A stretch of DNA of 64,000 nt from the human T2T-CHM13v2.0 reference genome, Homo sapiens. Positions 14,546 to 28,761 of the stretch are shown in pieces. The stretch spans positions 35,872,001 to 35,936,000 of the forward strand of contig CP086569.2 of the NCBI GenBank assembly GCA_009914755.4, read 5' to 3'. Under the pieces are notes generated by a model. The model saw only the letters and a list, made by a program, of their open reading frames with translations. It had not been told where the DNA came from and made no database searches. A program made the translations under genes and the position numbers. The first letter of the stretch is position 1. Each line of letters starts with the position of its first letter.

Positions 14546-17500
14546 TGCAATTTAATAAAATAGGATCAAATGTAATGGAATGGAATGGAAAGGAATCGAA
14601 ATGAAAGGAATGGAGACAGATGGAATGGAATGGAACAGAGAGCAATGGTATAGAATGGAATGGAATCATCTGGAATGGAATTGAATGGAATGGAATAATA
14701 TGAAATGGAATGGAATGGAATGGAATGCCCTTGAATTAAATGGACTGGAATGGAATGGACTCGAACAGAGTGGAATGGAAAGTGTTGAAATAGAATGGAA
14801 TGGACTCGTTTGGAATGGTCTAGTATGCAATGCAATCGACTGGCAGGGAATCAAAAGGAATGTAATCGAATGGATTGGACTGGAATGCAATGGACTCGAA
14901 TAGATTGGAAACGGAAAGCAAAGGAATGGAATGGAATAGTATGGAATGGAATGGAAAGGAATGGAGTGGAATAGACTAGAGTGGAATGGAATGGACTCGA
15001 AAGCAATGGACTGGAATGGAACTTTCTTGAATGGACTGGAATCAAACGGAATGGAATGCAATGCAATCAAATGGCATGGAATAAAATAGAATGAAAGAGA
15101 ATCAAATGGAATTGAATCGAATGGAATCGAATGGATTGGAAAGGAATAGAATGGAATGGAATGGAATTGACTCAAATGGAATGGACTAGAATGGAATGGA
15201 TTCGAATGGAAGGCAAAGGAATGGAATCTATTGGAATGGACTGTAATGGAATGGAATGGAAGGGATTGGAATGGACTCGAATGGAATGGACTGCCATAGA
15301 AAGGATTCGAATGGAATGAAAAAGAATTGAATGGAATAGAACAGAATGGAATCAAATCGAATGAAATGGAATGGAATAGAAAGGAATGGAATGAAATGGA
15401 ATGGAAAGGATTCGAATGGAATGCAATCGAATGGAATGCAATCGAATGGAATGGAATCGAACGGAATGGAATAAAATGGAAGAAAACTGGCAAGAAATGG
15501 AATCGAAATGAATGGAGTGTTATGGAACGGACTCAAAAGGAATTGAATGTAATAGAATGGAGTGGAGTGGACTCGAATATAATGGACTGGAATGGAATGA
15601 AATCACATGGAATGGGAACGAATGGAATGGAATGGAAAGGAATGGAATCGAATGGAAAGGAATCGAATGGAAGGGAATGAAATTGAATCAACAGGAATGG
15701 AAGGGAGTAGAATAGACGGTAATGGAATGGACTCGAATAGAATGGACACGAATGCTCAAATTGAATGGACTCGAATGGAATGGAAACGAAAGGAATGTCA
15801 TCGAATGGAATTGAATCGATTGGAATGAAATCACATAGAATGGAGTGGAATCAAATGGAATTGAATCGAAAGGAAAGGAAGCGAATGGACTGAAATGAAA
15901 TGGAATGGAATTGAATGGAAATTAATGCAATGGAATAGAATGGAACGAAATTTCACGGAATGGAATCAAACTGAATGGAATCAAATCAATGGAATCTAAT
16001 CAAATGGAATGGAAAGGAATTGAATGGAGTAGATTGGATTGGATGGGATTGGAATGAAATGTACTGGAAAGGACTCGAATTTCATGAAACGGAATGGAAT
16101 GAATTAGAACGGAATGGACTCGAATGGAATGGAATGTCATGGAATGGCATCAAATGGAATGGAATCGAATGCGATGGAATGCTATGGAATGGAATGGAAT
16201 GCATTGGAATGGAATGTCCTCTAATGGAATGTATTCGAGTGGAATGGAATCGAATATAATGGAGTCTAATGAAAGGGAATTGAAAGGAATGGGACCGAAT
16301 ACAACGGAATATACTGGAATGTAATGTAATGAACTCGAATGTAATTGACTGGAATGGAATGTACATGAATGGAATGTAATCGAATGGAAAGCAATCCAAT
16401 GGAATAGAATCTAATGCAATAAAATCGACTCAAATAGAGTAGAATGTAATGGAATGGAGTGCAGTGCAATGGAATGGAATGGAATGGAATGCAATGGAAT
16501 GGAATGGAATGGAATGGAATGGGATGGAATGGTATGGAATGGATAGTAATGGACTGGAGTGAAATGGACTGGAAAAGAATGGACTCAAATTGAAAGGTCT
16601 CGAAAGGAATGGAGTCAAATGGAATGGTCTGGAATGGAATGAACACGAATGTAATGCAATCCAATAGAATGGAATCGAATGGCATGGAATATAAAGAAAT
16701 GGAATCGAAGAGAATGGAAACAAATGGAATGGAATTGAATGGAATGGAATTGAATGGAATGGGAACGAATGGAGTGAAATTGTATGCACTAGAAGAGAAT
16801 AGAATGGAATGCAAGCGAAAGGAAAGGAATGGATTGGAATGGAATGGAATTCATTGGAATGGAAGGGAATGTAGTGTAATGGACAGGCCTGGAATAAAGT
16901 GGAATGCTACGGTCTCGAATGGAATAAAAATGTATGGAATGGAATGCAATGAAACGGAATCGAATGTCATAGAATGTAATGGAATGCAAAAAAATGGACT
17001 CCAAAATCATTGACTGGAAAGGCTGGGTGTCGAAAGGAATTGACTCCAATGGAATGGAATCGAATGGAATGGAAGTGAATAGAATGGAACTAAATCGAAT
17101 GGAATGGAATTGATAGGAACGGAATGGAAAGGAATGCAATGATTTGGCATGGAATGGAATCGAATGGCATCGAATGGAATGGAATGGAATGCAATGGAAT
17201 GGAATGTATTAGAATGTAATGAACTTTAATGGAATATACTCGAATGGATTCGACTGGAATGGAATGTTCTTGAAGTGAATGGACTCCAATTGAATGGATT
17301 CGAAAGGAATGGAATCTAATGGAATGGAATTAAATGGAAATGAATCAAATTGAATAGAACGGAATTGAATTGAATGGAATCGAATGCAATGGAATCTAAT
17401 GAAACGGAAAGGAAAGGAATGGAATGGATTGGAATGGAATGGGCTGGAATGGAATGGAATCGAAACGAATGGAATGGAATCGAACTGAAGAGACTGGAAT

Positions 17501-18069
17501 GGAATGCACTGGAATGGAAGGGAATGTAATGGAAGGTTCTCGAAAAAAATGGAATCGAAAGGAATGGAATTGAATGGAACGGAATAGAGTCGAATGGAAT
17601 TCAATGGAATGGAATGGACTAGAGTGAAATGGAATCGAACCACAAGGAATGGACAGGAATAGAATGGTCTCGAACTGAATGGAATCGTATGGAATGGCAT
17701 CAAACGGAATGGAATGGACAGCAACGGAATGGAATGCACTCGAATGCAATGGAGTCGACACTAATGGACTGGAATAGAATGGACTCGACTGGTACGGACT
17801 CCAATGGAATGGAATCGAATGGAAGGGAATCGAACGGAATGGACTCGAAGGGAAAAGACTGCAATGGAAAGGTCTCGAATGGAATGGAAATTAATGGAAT
17901 GGAATGGAATCGAATGAAATGGAGTCAAAAGGAATGGAATCGAATGGCAAGAAATCGAATGTAATGGAATCGCAAGGAATTGATGTGAACGGAACGGAAT
18001 GGAATGGAATCGAAAGGGATGGAATGGAATCGAATGGAAAGGACTCGAATGGAAATCACTCGAATAGAA
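14546..18069 (+). repeat. HOR unit 5, 3524 bp
   Basis: Anchor at 14546 and 18070 (variant tgcaatttaatacaatagg at 18070). GGCC at ~16886. Confidence 0.8.
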
Positions 18070-21000
18070 TGCAATTTAATACAATAGGATCAAATGTAAT
18101 GGAATGGAATGGAAAGGAATCGAAACGAAAGGAATGGAGACAGATGGAATGGAATGGAACAGAGAGCAATGGTATAGAATGGAATGGAATCATCTGGAAT
18201 GGAATTGAATGGAATGGAATAAGATGAAATGGAATGGAATGGAATGGAATGCCCTTGAATTAAATGGACTGGAATGGAATGGACTCGAACAGAGTGGAAT
18301 GGAAAGTGTTGAAATAGAATGGAATGGACTCCTTTGGAATGGTCTAGTATGCAATGCAATCGACTGGCAGAGAATCAAGAGGAATGTAATCGAATGGAAA
18401 GGACTGGAATGCAATGGAATCGAATAGATTGGAAACGGAAAGCAAAGGAATGGAATGGAATAGTATGGAATGGAATGGAAAGGAATGGAGTGGAATAGAC
18501 TAGAGTGGAATGGAATGGACTCGAAAGCAATGGACTGGAATGGAACTTTCTTGAATGGACTGGAATCAAACGGAATGGAATGCAATGCAATCAAATGTCA
18601 TGGAATTAAATAGAATGAAAGAGAATCAAACGGAATTGAATCGAATGGAATCGAATGGATTGGAAAGGAATAGAATGGAATGGAATGGAATTGACTCAAA
18701 TGGAATGGACTGGAATGGAATGGATTCGAATGGAAGGCAAAGGAATGGAATCTATTGGAATGGACTGTAATGGAATGGAATGTAAGGGATTGGAATGGAC
18801 TCAAATGGAATGGACTGCAATAGAAAGGATTCGAATGGAATGAAAAAGAATTGAATGGAATAAAACAGAATGGAATCAAATCGAATGAAATGGAATGGAA
18901 TAGAAAGGAATGGAAAGGATTCGAATGGAATGCAATCGAATGGAATGCAATCGAATGGAATGGAATCGAACGGAATGTAATAAAATGGAAGAAAACTGGC
19001 AAGAAATGGAATCGAAATGAATGGAGTGTTATGGAACGGACTCAAAAGGAATTGAATGTAATAGAATGGAGTGGAGTGGACTCGAATATAATGGACTGGA
19101 ATGGAATGAAATCACATGGAATGGGAACGAATGGAATGGAATGGAAAGGAATGGAATCGAATGGAAAGGAATCGAATGGAAGGGACTGAAATTGAATCAA
19201 CAGGAATGGAAGGGAGTAGAATAGACGGTAATGGAATGGACTCGAATAGAATGGACACGAATGCTCAAATTGAATGGACTCGAATGGAATGGAAACGAAA
19301 GGAATGTCATCGAATGGAATTGAATCGATTGGAATGAAATCACATAGAATGGAGTGGAATCAAATGGAATTGAATCGAAAGGAAAGGAAGCGAATGGACT
19401 GAAATGAAATGGAATGGAATTGAATGGAAATTAATGCAATGGAATAGAATGGAACGAAATTTCACGGAATGGAATCAAACTGAATGGAATCAAATCAATG
19501 GAATATAATCAAATGGAATGGAAAGGAATTGAATGGAGTAGATTGGATTGGATGGGATTGGAATGAAATGCACTGGAAAGGACTCGAATTTCATGAAACG
19601 GAATGGAATGAATTGGAACGGAATGGACTCGAATGGAATGGAATGTCACGGAATGGCATCAAATGGAATGGCATCAAATGGAATGGAATAGAATGCAATG
19701 GAATGCTATGGAATGGAAAGGAATGCATTGGAATGGAATGTCCTCTAATGGAATGCATTCGAGTGGAATGGAATCGAATATAATGGAGTCGAATGAAATG
19801 GAATTGAAAGGAATGGGATCGAATACCATGTAATATACTGGAATGTAATGTAATGAACTCGAATGTAATTGACTGGAATGGAATGTACATGAATGGAATG
19901 TAATCGAATGGAAAGTAATCCAATGGAATAGAATCTAATGCAATAAAATCGACTCAAATAGAATAGAATGTAATGGAATGGAGTGCATTGCAATGGAATG
20001 GAATGGAATGGAATGCAATGGAATGGAATGGAATGGAATGGAATGGAATGGAATGGGATGGAATGGTATGGAATGGATAGTAATGGACTGGAGTGAAATG
20101 GACTGGAAAAGAATGGACTCAAATTGAAAGGGCTCGAAAGGAATGGAGTCAAATGGAATGGTCTGGAATGGAATGAATACGAATGTAATGCAATCCAATA
20201 GAATGGAATCGAATGGTATGGAATATAAAGAATTGGAATCGAAGAGAATGGAAACAAATGGAATGGAATTGAATGGAATGGAATTGAATGGAATGGGAAC
20301 GAATGGAGTGAAATTGTATGCAGTAGAAGAGAATAGAATGGAATGCAAGCGAAAGGAAAGGAATGGATTGGAATGGAATGGAATTCATTGGAATGGAAGG
20401 GAATGTAGTGTAATGGACAGGCCTGGAATAAAGTGGAATGCTACGGTCTCGAATGGAATAAAAATGTATGGAATAGAATGCAATGAAACGGAATCGAATG
20501 TCATAGAATGTAATGGAATGCAAAAAAATGGAATCCAAAATCATTGACTGGAAAGGCTGGGTGTCGAAAGGAATTGCCTCCAATGGAATGGAATCGAATG
20601 GAATGGAAGTGAATAGAATGGAACTAAATCGAATGGAATGGAATTGATAGGAACGGAATGGAAAGGAATGCAATGATTTGGCATGGAATGGAATCGAATG
20701 GCATCGAATGGAATGGAATGGAATGCAATTGAATGGAATGTATTAGAATGTAATGAACTTTAATGTAATGTACTCGAATGGATTCGACTGGAATGGAATG
20801 TTCTCGAAGTGAATGGACTCCAATGGAATGGATTCGAAAGGAATGGAATCTAATGGAATGGAATTAAATGGAAATGAATCAAATTGAATAGAACGGAATT
20901 GAATGGAATGGAATCGAATGCAATGGAATCTAATGAAACGGAAAGGAAAGGAATGGAATGGATTGGAATGGAATGTGCTGGAATTGAATGGAATCGAAAC

Positions 21001-21613
21001 GAATGGAATGGAGTCGAACTGAAGAGACTGAAATGGAATGCACTGGAATGGAAGGGAGTGTAATGGAAGGTTCTCGAAAAAAATGGAATCGAAAGGAATG
21101 GAATTGAATGGAACGGAATAGAGTCGAATGGAATTCAATGGAATGGAATGGACTAGAGTGAAATGGAATCGAACCACAAGGAATGGACAGGAACAGAATG
21201 GTCTCGAATTGAATGGAATCGAATGGAATGGCATCAAACGGCATGGAATGGACAGCAACGGAATGGAATGCACTCGAATGCAATGGAGTCGACACTAATG
21301 GACTGGAATAGAATGGACTCGACTGGTACGGACTCCATTGAAATGGAATTGAATGGAAGGGAATGGAACGGAATGGACTCGAAGGGAAAAGACTGCAATG
21401 TAAAGGTCTCGAATGGAATGGAAATTAATGGAATGGAATGGAATCGAATGAAATGGAGTCAAAAGGAATGGAATCGAATGGCAAGAAATCGAATGTAATG
21501 GAATCACAAGGAATTGATGTGAACGGAACGGAATCGAATGGAATCCAAAGGAATGGAATAGAATGGAATGGAATCGAATGGAAAGGACTCGAATGGAAAT
21601 CACTCGAATAGAA
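18070..21613 (+). repeat. HOR unit 6, 3544 bp
   Basis: Anchor at 18070 and 21614. ORFs colinear with other units. Marker variant gacagcAacgg at ~17711. Confidence 0.8.
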
Positions 21614-24600
21614 TGCAATTTAATAAAATAGGATCAAATGTAATGGAATGGAATGGAAAGGAATCGAAACGAAAGGAATGGAGACAGATGGAATGGAATG
21701 GAACAGAGAGCAATGGTATAGAATGGAATGGAATCATCTGGAATGGAATTGAATGGAATGGAATAATATGAAATGGAATGGAATGGAATGGAATGCCCTT
21801 GAATTAAATGGACTGGAATGGAATGGACTCAAACAGAGTGGAATGGAAAGTGTTGAAATAGAATGGAATGGACTCGTTTGGAATGGTCTAGTATGCAATG
21901 CAATCGACTGGCAGGGAATCAAGAGGAATGTAATCGAATGGATTGGACTGGAATGCAATGGACTCGAATAGATTGGAAACGGAATTCAAAGGAATGGAAT
22001 GGAATAGTATGGAATGGAATGGAAAGGAATGGAGTGGAATAGACTAGAGTGGAATGGAATGGACTCGAAAGCAATGGACTGGAATGGAACTTTCTTGAAT
22101 GGACTGGAATCAAACGGAATGGAATGCAATGCAATCAAATGGCATGGAATAAAATAGAATGAAAGAGAATCAAATGGAATTGAATCGAATGGAATCGAAT
22201 GGATTGGAAAGAAATAGAATGGAATGGAATGGAATTGACTCAAATGGAATGGACTAGAATGGAATGGATTCGAATGGAAGGCAAAGGAATGGAATCTATT
22301 GGAATGGACTGTAATGGAATGGAATGGAAGGGATTGGAATGGACTCGAATGGAATGGACTGCAATAGAAAAGATTCGAATGGAATGAAAAAGAATTGAAT
22401 GGAATAGAACAGAATGGAATCAAATCGAATGAAATGGAATGGAAGAGAAAGGAATGGAATGAAATGGAATGGAAAGGATTCGAATGGAATGCAATCGAAT
22501 GGAATGCAATCGAATGGAATGGAATCGAACGGAATGGAATAAAATGGAAGAAAACTGGCAAGAAATGGAATCGAAATGAATGGAGTGTTATGGAACGGAC
22601 TCAAAAGGAATTGAATGTAATAGAATGGAGTGGAGTGGACTCGAATATAATGGACTGGAATGGAATGAAATCACATGGAATGGGAACGAATGGAATGGAA
22701 TGGAAAGGAATGGAATGGAAAGGAATGGAATCGAATGGAAAGGAATCGAATGGAAGGGAATGAAATTGAATCAACAGGAATGGAAGGAAGTAGAATAGAC
22801 GGTAATGGAATGGACTCGAATAGAATGGACACGAATGCTCAAATTGAATGGACTCGAATGGAATGGAAACGAAAGGAATGTCGTCGAATGGAATTGAATC
22901 GATTGGAATGAAATCGCATAGAATGGAGTGGAATCAAATGGAATTGAATCGAAAGGAAAGGAAGCGAATGGTCTGAAATGAAATGGAATGGAATTGAATG
23001 GAAAGTAATGCAAGGGAATAGAATGGAACGAAATTTCACGGAATGGAATCAAACTGAATGGAATCAAATCAATGGAATATAATCAAATGGCATGGAAAGG
23101 AATTGAATGGAGTAGATTGGATTGGATGGGATTGGAATGAAATGTACTGGAAAGGACTCGAATTTCATGAAATGGAATGGAATGAACTGGAACGGAATGG
23201 ACTCGAATGGAATGGAATGTCATGGAATGGCATCAAATGGAATGGCATCAAATGGAATGGAATCGAATGCAATGGAATGCTATGGAATGGAATGGAATGC
23301 ATTGGAATGGAATGTCCCCTAATGGAATGGATTCGAGTGGAATGGAATCGAATATAATGGAGTCGAATGAAATGGAATTGAAAGGAAAGGGATCGAATAC
23401 AATGGAATATACTGGAATGTAATGTAATGAACTCGAATGTAATTGACTAGAATGGAATGTACATGAATGGAATGTAATCGAATGGAAAATAATCTCATGG
23501 AATAGAATCTAATGCAATAAAATCGACTCAAATAGAATAGAATGGAATGGAATGGAGTGCAGTGCAATGGAATGGAATGGAATGGAATGCAATGGAATGG
23601 AATGGAATGGAATGGAATGGAATGGAATGGGATGGAATGGTATGGAATGGATAGTAATGGACTGGAGTGAAATGGACTGGAAAAGAATGGACTCAAATTG
23701 AAAGGGCTCGAAAGGAATGGAGTCAAATGGAATGGTCTGGAATGGAATGAATACGAATGTAATGCAATCCAATAGAATGGAATCGAATGGTATGGAATAT
23801 AAAGAATTGGAATCGAAGAGAATGGAAACAAATGGAATGGAATTGAATGGAATGGAATTGAATGGAATGGGAACGAATGGAGTGAAATTGTATGCAGTAG
23901 AAGAGAATAGAATGGAATGCAAGCGAAAGGAAAGGAATGGATTGGAATGGAATGGAATTCATTGGAATGGAAGGGAATGTAGTGTAATGGACAGGCCTGG
24001 AATAAAGTGGAATGCTACGGTCTCGAATGGAATAAAAATGTATGGAATAGAATGCAATGAAACGGAATCGAATGTCATAGAATGTAATGGAATGCAAAAA
24101 AATGGAATCCAAAATCATTGACTGGAAAGGCTGGGTGTCGAAAGGAATTGCCTCCAATGGAATGGAATCGAATGGAATGGAAGTGAATAGAATGGAACTA
24201 AATCGAATGGAATGGAATTGATAGGAACGGAATGGAAAGGAATGCAATGATTTGGCATGGAATGGAATCGAATGGCATCGAATGGAATGGAATGGAATGC
24301 AATTGAATGGAATGTATTAGAATGTAATGAACTTTAATGTAATGTACTCGAATGGATTCGACTGGAATGGAATGTTCTCGAAGTGAATGGACTCCAATGG
24401 AATGGATTCGAAAGGAATGGAATCTAATGGAATGGAATTAAATGGAAATGAATCAAATTGAATAGAACGGAATTGAATGGAATGGAATCGAATGCAATGG
24501 AATCTAATGAAACGGAAAGGAAAGGAATGGAATGGATTGGAATGGAATGTGCTGGAATTGAATGGAATCGAAACGAATGGAATGGAGTCGAACTGAAGAG

Positions 24601-25187
24601 ACTGAAATGGAATGCACTGGAATGGAAGGGAGTGTAATGGAAGGTTCTCGAAAAAAATGGAATCGAAAGGAATGGAATTGAATGGAACGGAATAGAGTCG
24701 AATGGAATTCAATGGAATGGAATGGACTAGAGTGAAATGGAATCGAACCACAAGGAATGGACAGGAACAGAATGGTCTCGAATTGAATGGAATCGTATGG
24801 AATGGCATCAAACGGAATGGAATGGACAGCAACGGAATGGAATGCACTCGAATGCAATGGAGTCGACACTAATGGACTGGAATAGAAAGGACTCGACTGG
24901 TACGGACTCCATTGAAATGGAATTGAATGGAAGGGAATGGATCGGAATGGACTCGAAGGGAAAAGACTGCAATGGAAAGGTCTCGAATGGAATGGAAATT
25001 AATGGAATGGAATGGAATCGAATGAAATGGAGTCAAAAGGAATGGAATCGAATGGCAAGAAATCGAATGTAATGGAATCGCAAGGAATTGATGTGAACGG
25101 AACGGAATCGAATGGAATCCAAAGGAATGGAATAGAATGGAATGGAATCGAATGGAAAGGACTCGAATGGAAATCACTCGAATAGAA
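21614..25187 (+). repeat. HOR unit 7, 3574 bp (long variant)
   Basis: Anchor at 21614 and 25188. About 35 bp longer than the 3539-bp units because of 15-bp block expansions: ORF 22395..22763 has extra WNAIE and WKGME repeats, and ORF 22675..22911 has an extra NGKEW, compared with the cognate ORFs at 18851..19189 and 19116..19337 of unit 6. Confidence 0.8.
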
Positions 25188-28100
25188 TGCAATTTAATAA
25201 AATAGGATCAAATGTAATGGAATGGAATGGAAAGGAATCGAAACGAAAGGAATGGAGACAGATGGAATGGAATGGAACAGAGAGCAATGGTATAGAATGG
25301 AATGGAATCATCTGGAATGGAATTGAATGGAATGGAATAATATGAAATGGAATGGAATGGAATGGAATGCCCTTGAATTAAATGGACTGGAATGGAATGG
25401 ACTCAAACAGAGTGGAATGGAAAGTGTTGAAATAGAATGGAATGGACTCGTTTGGAATGGTCTAGTATGCAATGCAATCGACTGGCAGGGAATCAAGAGG
25501 AATGTAATCGAATGGATTGGACTGGAATGCAATGGACTCGAATAGATTGGAAACGGAATTCAAAGGAATGGAATGGAATAGTATGGAATGGAATGGAAAG
25601 GAATGGAGTGGAATAGACTAGAGTGGAATGGAATGGACTCGAAAGCAATGGACTGGAATGGAACTTTCTTGAATGGACTGGAATCAAACGGAATGGAATG
25701 CAATGCAATCAAATGGCATGGAATAAAATAGAATGAAAGAGAATCAAATGGAATTGAATCGAATGGAATCGAATGGATTGGAAAGGAATAGAATGGAATG
25801 GAATGGAATTGACTCAAATGGAATGGACTAGAATGGAATGGATTCGAATGGAAGGCAAAGGAATGGAATCTATTGGAATGGACTGTAATGGAATGGAATG
25901 GAAGGGATTGGAATGGACTCGAATGGAATGGACTGCAATAGAAAAGATTCGAATGGAATGAAAAAGAATTGAATGGAATAGAACAGAATGGAATCAAATC
26001 GAATGAAATGGAATGGAAGAGAAAGGAATGGAATGAAATGGAATGGAAAGGATTCGAATGGAATGCAATCGAATGGAATGCAATCGAATGGAATGGAATC
26101 GAACGGAATGGAATAAAATGGAAGAAAACTGGCAAGAAATGGAATCGAAATGAATGGAGTGTTATGGAACGGACTCAAAAGGAATTGAATGTAATAGAAT
26201 GGAGTGGAGTGGACTCGAATATAATGGACTGGAATGGAATGAAATCACATGGAATGGGAACGAATGGAATGGAATGGAAAGGAATGGAATGGAAAGGAAT
26301 GGAATCGAATGGAAAGGAATCGAATGGAAGGGAATGAAATTGAATCAACAGGAATGGAAGGAAGTAGAATAGACGGTAATGGAATGGACTCGAATAGAAT
26401 GGACACGAATGCTCATATTGAATGGACTCGAATGGAATGGAAACGAAAGGAATGTCGTCGAATGGAATTGAATCGATTGGAATGAAATCGCATAGAATGG
26501 AGTGGAATCAAATGGAATTGAATCGAAAGGAAAGGAAGCGAATGGTCTGAAATGAAATGGAATGGAATTGAATGGAAAGTAATGCAAGGGAATAGAATGG
26601 AACGAAATTTCACGGAATGGAATCAAACTGAATGGAATCAAATCAATGGAATATAATCAAATGGCATGGAAAGGAATTGAATGGAGTAGATTGGATTGGA
26701 TGGGATTGGAATGAAATGTACTGGAAAGGACTCGAATTTCATGAAATGGAATGGAATGAACTGGAACGGAATGGACTCGAATGGAATGGAATGTCATGGA
26801 ATGGCATCAAATGGAATGGCATCAAATGGAATGGAATCGAATGCAATGGAATGCTATGGAATGGAATGGAATGCATTGGAATGGAATGTCCCCTAATGGA
26901 ATGGATTCGAGTGGAATGGAATCGAATATAATGGAGTCGAATGAAATGGAATTGAAAGGAAAGGGATCGAATACAATGGAATATACTGGAATGTAATGTA
27001 ATGAACTCGAATGTAATTGACTAGAATGGAATGTACATGAATGGAATGTAATCGAATGGAAAATAATCTCATGGAATAGAATCTAATGCAATAAAATCGA
27101 CTCAAATAGAATAGAATGGAATGGAATGGAGTGCAGTGCAATGGAATGGAATGGAATGGAATGCAATGGAATGGAATGGAATGGAATGGAATGGAATGGA
27201 ATGGGATGGAATGGTATGGAATGGATAGTAATGGACTGGAGTGAAATGGACTGGAAAAGAATGGACTCAAATTGAAAGGGCTCGAAAGGAATGGAGTCAA
27301 ATGGAATGGTCTGGAATGGAATGAATACGAATGTAATGCAATCCAATAGAATGGAATCGAATGGTATGGAATATAAAGAATTGGAATCGAAGAGAATGGA
27401 AACAAATGGAATGGAATTGAATGGAATGGAATTGAATGGAATGGGAACGAATGGAGTGAAATTGTATGCAGTAGAAGAGAATAGAATGGAATGCAAGCGA
27501 AAGGAAAGGAATGGATTGGAATGGAATGGAATTCATTGGAATGGAAGGGAATGTAGTGTAATGGACAGGCCTGGAATAAAGTGGAATGCTACGGTCTCGA
27601 ATGGAATAAAAATGTATGGAATAGAATGCAATGAAACGGAATCGAATGTCATAGAATGTAATGGAATGCAAAAAAATGGAATCCAAAATCATTGACTGGA
27701 AAGGCTGGGTGTCGAAAGGAATTGCCTCCAATGGAATGGAATCGAATGGAATGGAAGTGAATAGAATGGAACTAAATCGAATGGAATGGAATTGATAGGA
27801 ACGGAATGGAAAGGAATGCAATGATTTGGCATGGAATGGAATCGAATGGCATCGAATGGAATGGAATGGAATGCAATTGAATGGAATGTATTAGAATGTA
27901 ATGAACTTTAATGTAATGTACTCGAATGGATTCGACTGGAATGGAATGTTCTCGAAGTGAATGGACTCCAATGGAATGGATTCGAAAGGAATGGAATCTA
28001 ATGGAATGGAATTAAATGGAAATGAATCAAATTGAATAGAACGGAATTGAATGGAATGGAATCGAATGCAATGGAATCTAATGAAACGGAAAGGAAAGGA

Positions 28101-28761
28101 ATGGAATGGATTGGAATGGAATGTGCTGGAATTGAATGGAATCGAAACGAATGGAATGGAGTCGAACTGAAGAGACTGAAATGGAATGCACTGGAATGGA
28201 AGGGAGTGTAATGGAAGGTTCTCGAAAAAAATGGAATCGAAAGGAATGGAATTGAATGGAACGGAATAGAGTCGAATGGAATTCAATGGAATGGAATGGA
28301 CTAGAGTGAAATGGAATCGAACCACAAGGAATGGACAGGAACAGAATGGTCTCGAATTGAATGGAATCGTATGGAATGGCATCAAACGGAATGGAATGGA
28401 CAGCAACGGAATGGAATGCACTCGAATGCAATGGAGTCGACACTAATGGACTGGAATAGAAAGGACTCGACTGGTACGGACTCCATTGAAATGGAATTGA
28501 ATGGAAGGGAATGGATCGGAATGGACTCGAAGGGAAAAGACTGCAATGGAAAGGTCTCGAATGGAATGGAAATTAATGGAATGGAATGGAATCGAATGAA
28601 ATGGAGTCAAAAGGAATGGAATCGAATGGCAAGAAATCGAATGTAATGGAATCGCAAGGAATTGATGTGAACGGAACGGAATCGAATGGAATCCAAAGGA
28701 ATGGAATAGAATGGAATGGAATCGAATGGAAAGGACTCGAATGGAAATCACTCGAATAGAA
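25188..28761 (+). repeat. HOR unit 8, 3574 bp. Its 3' two-thirds is indistinguishable from unit 9, and its 5' third from unit 7, in the ORF track.
   Basis: Anchor at 25188 and 28762. Every ORF in 23058-26931 has an identical-length, identical-sequence partner at +3574 (for example 23058..23357 = 26632..26931 = 30206..30505). Confidence 0.85.

Larger units (their letters stand above)
5900..20700 (+). repeat. Copy A of a ~24.8 kb, 7-unit super-repeat (multi-unit duplication within the satellite array)
   Basis: More than 20 ORF pairs between this block and 30.8-45.5 kb sit at exactly +24836 bp. Examples: 7493->32329, 8437->33273, 9507->34343, 10998->35834, 12712->37548, 13655->38491, 16266->41102, 17209->42045, 19935->44771, 20149->44985. 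Anchor motifs: 7473->32309, 11012->35848, 14546->39382, 18070->42906. Identity is highest across ~7.4-17.8 kb. Confidence 0.85.
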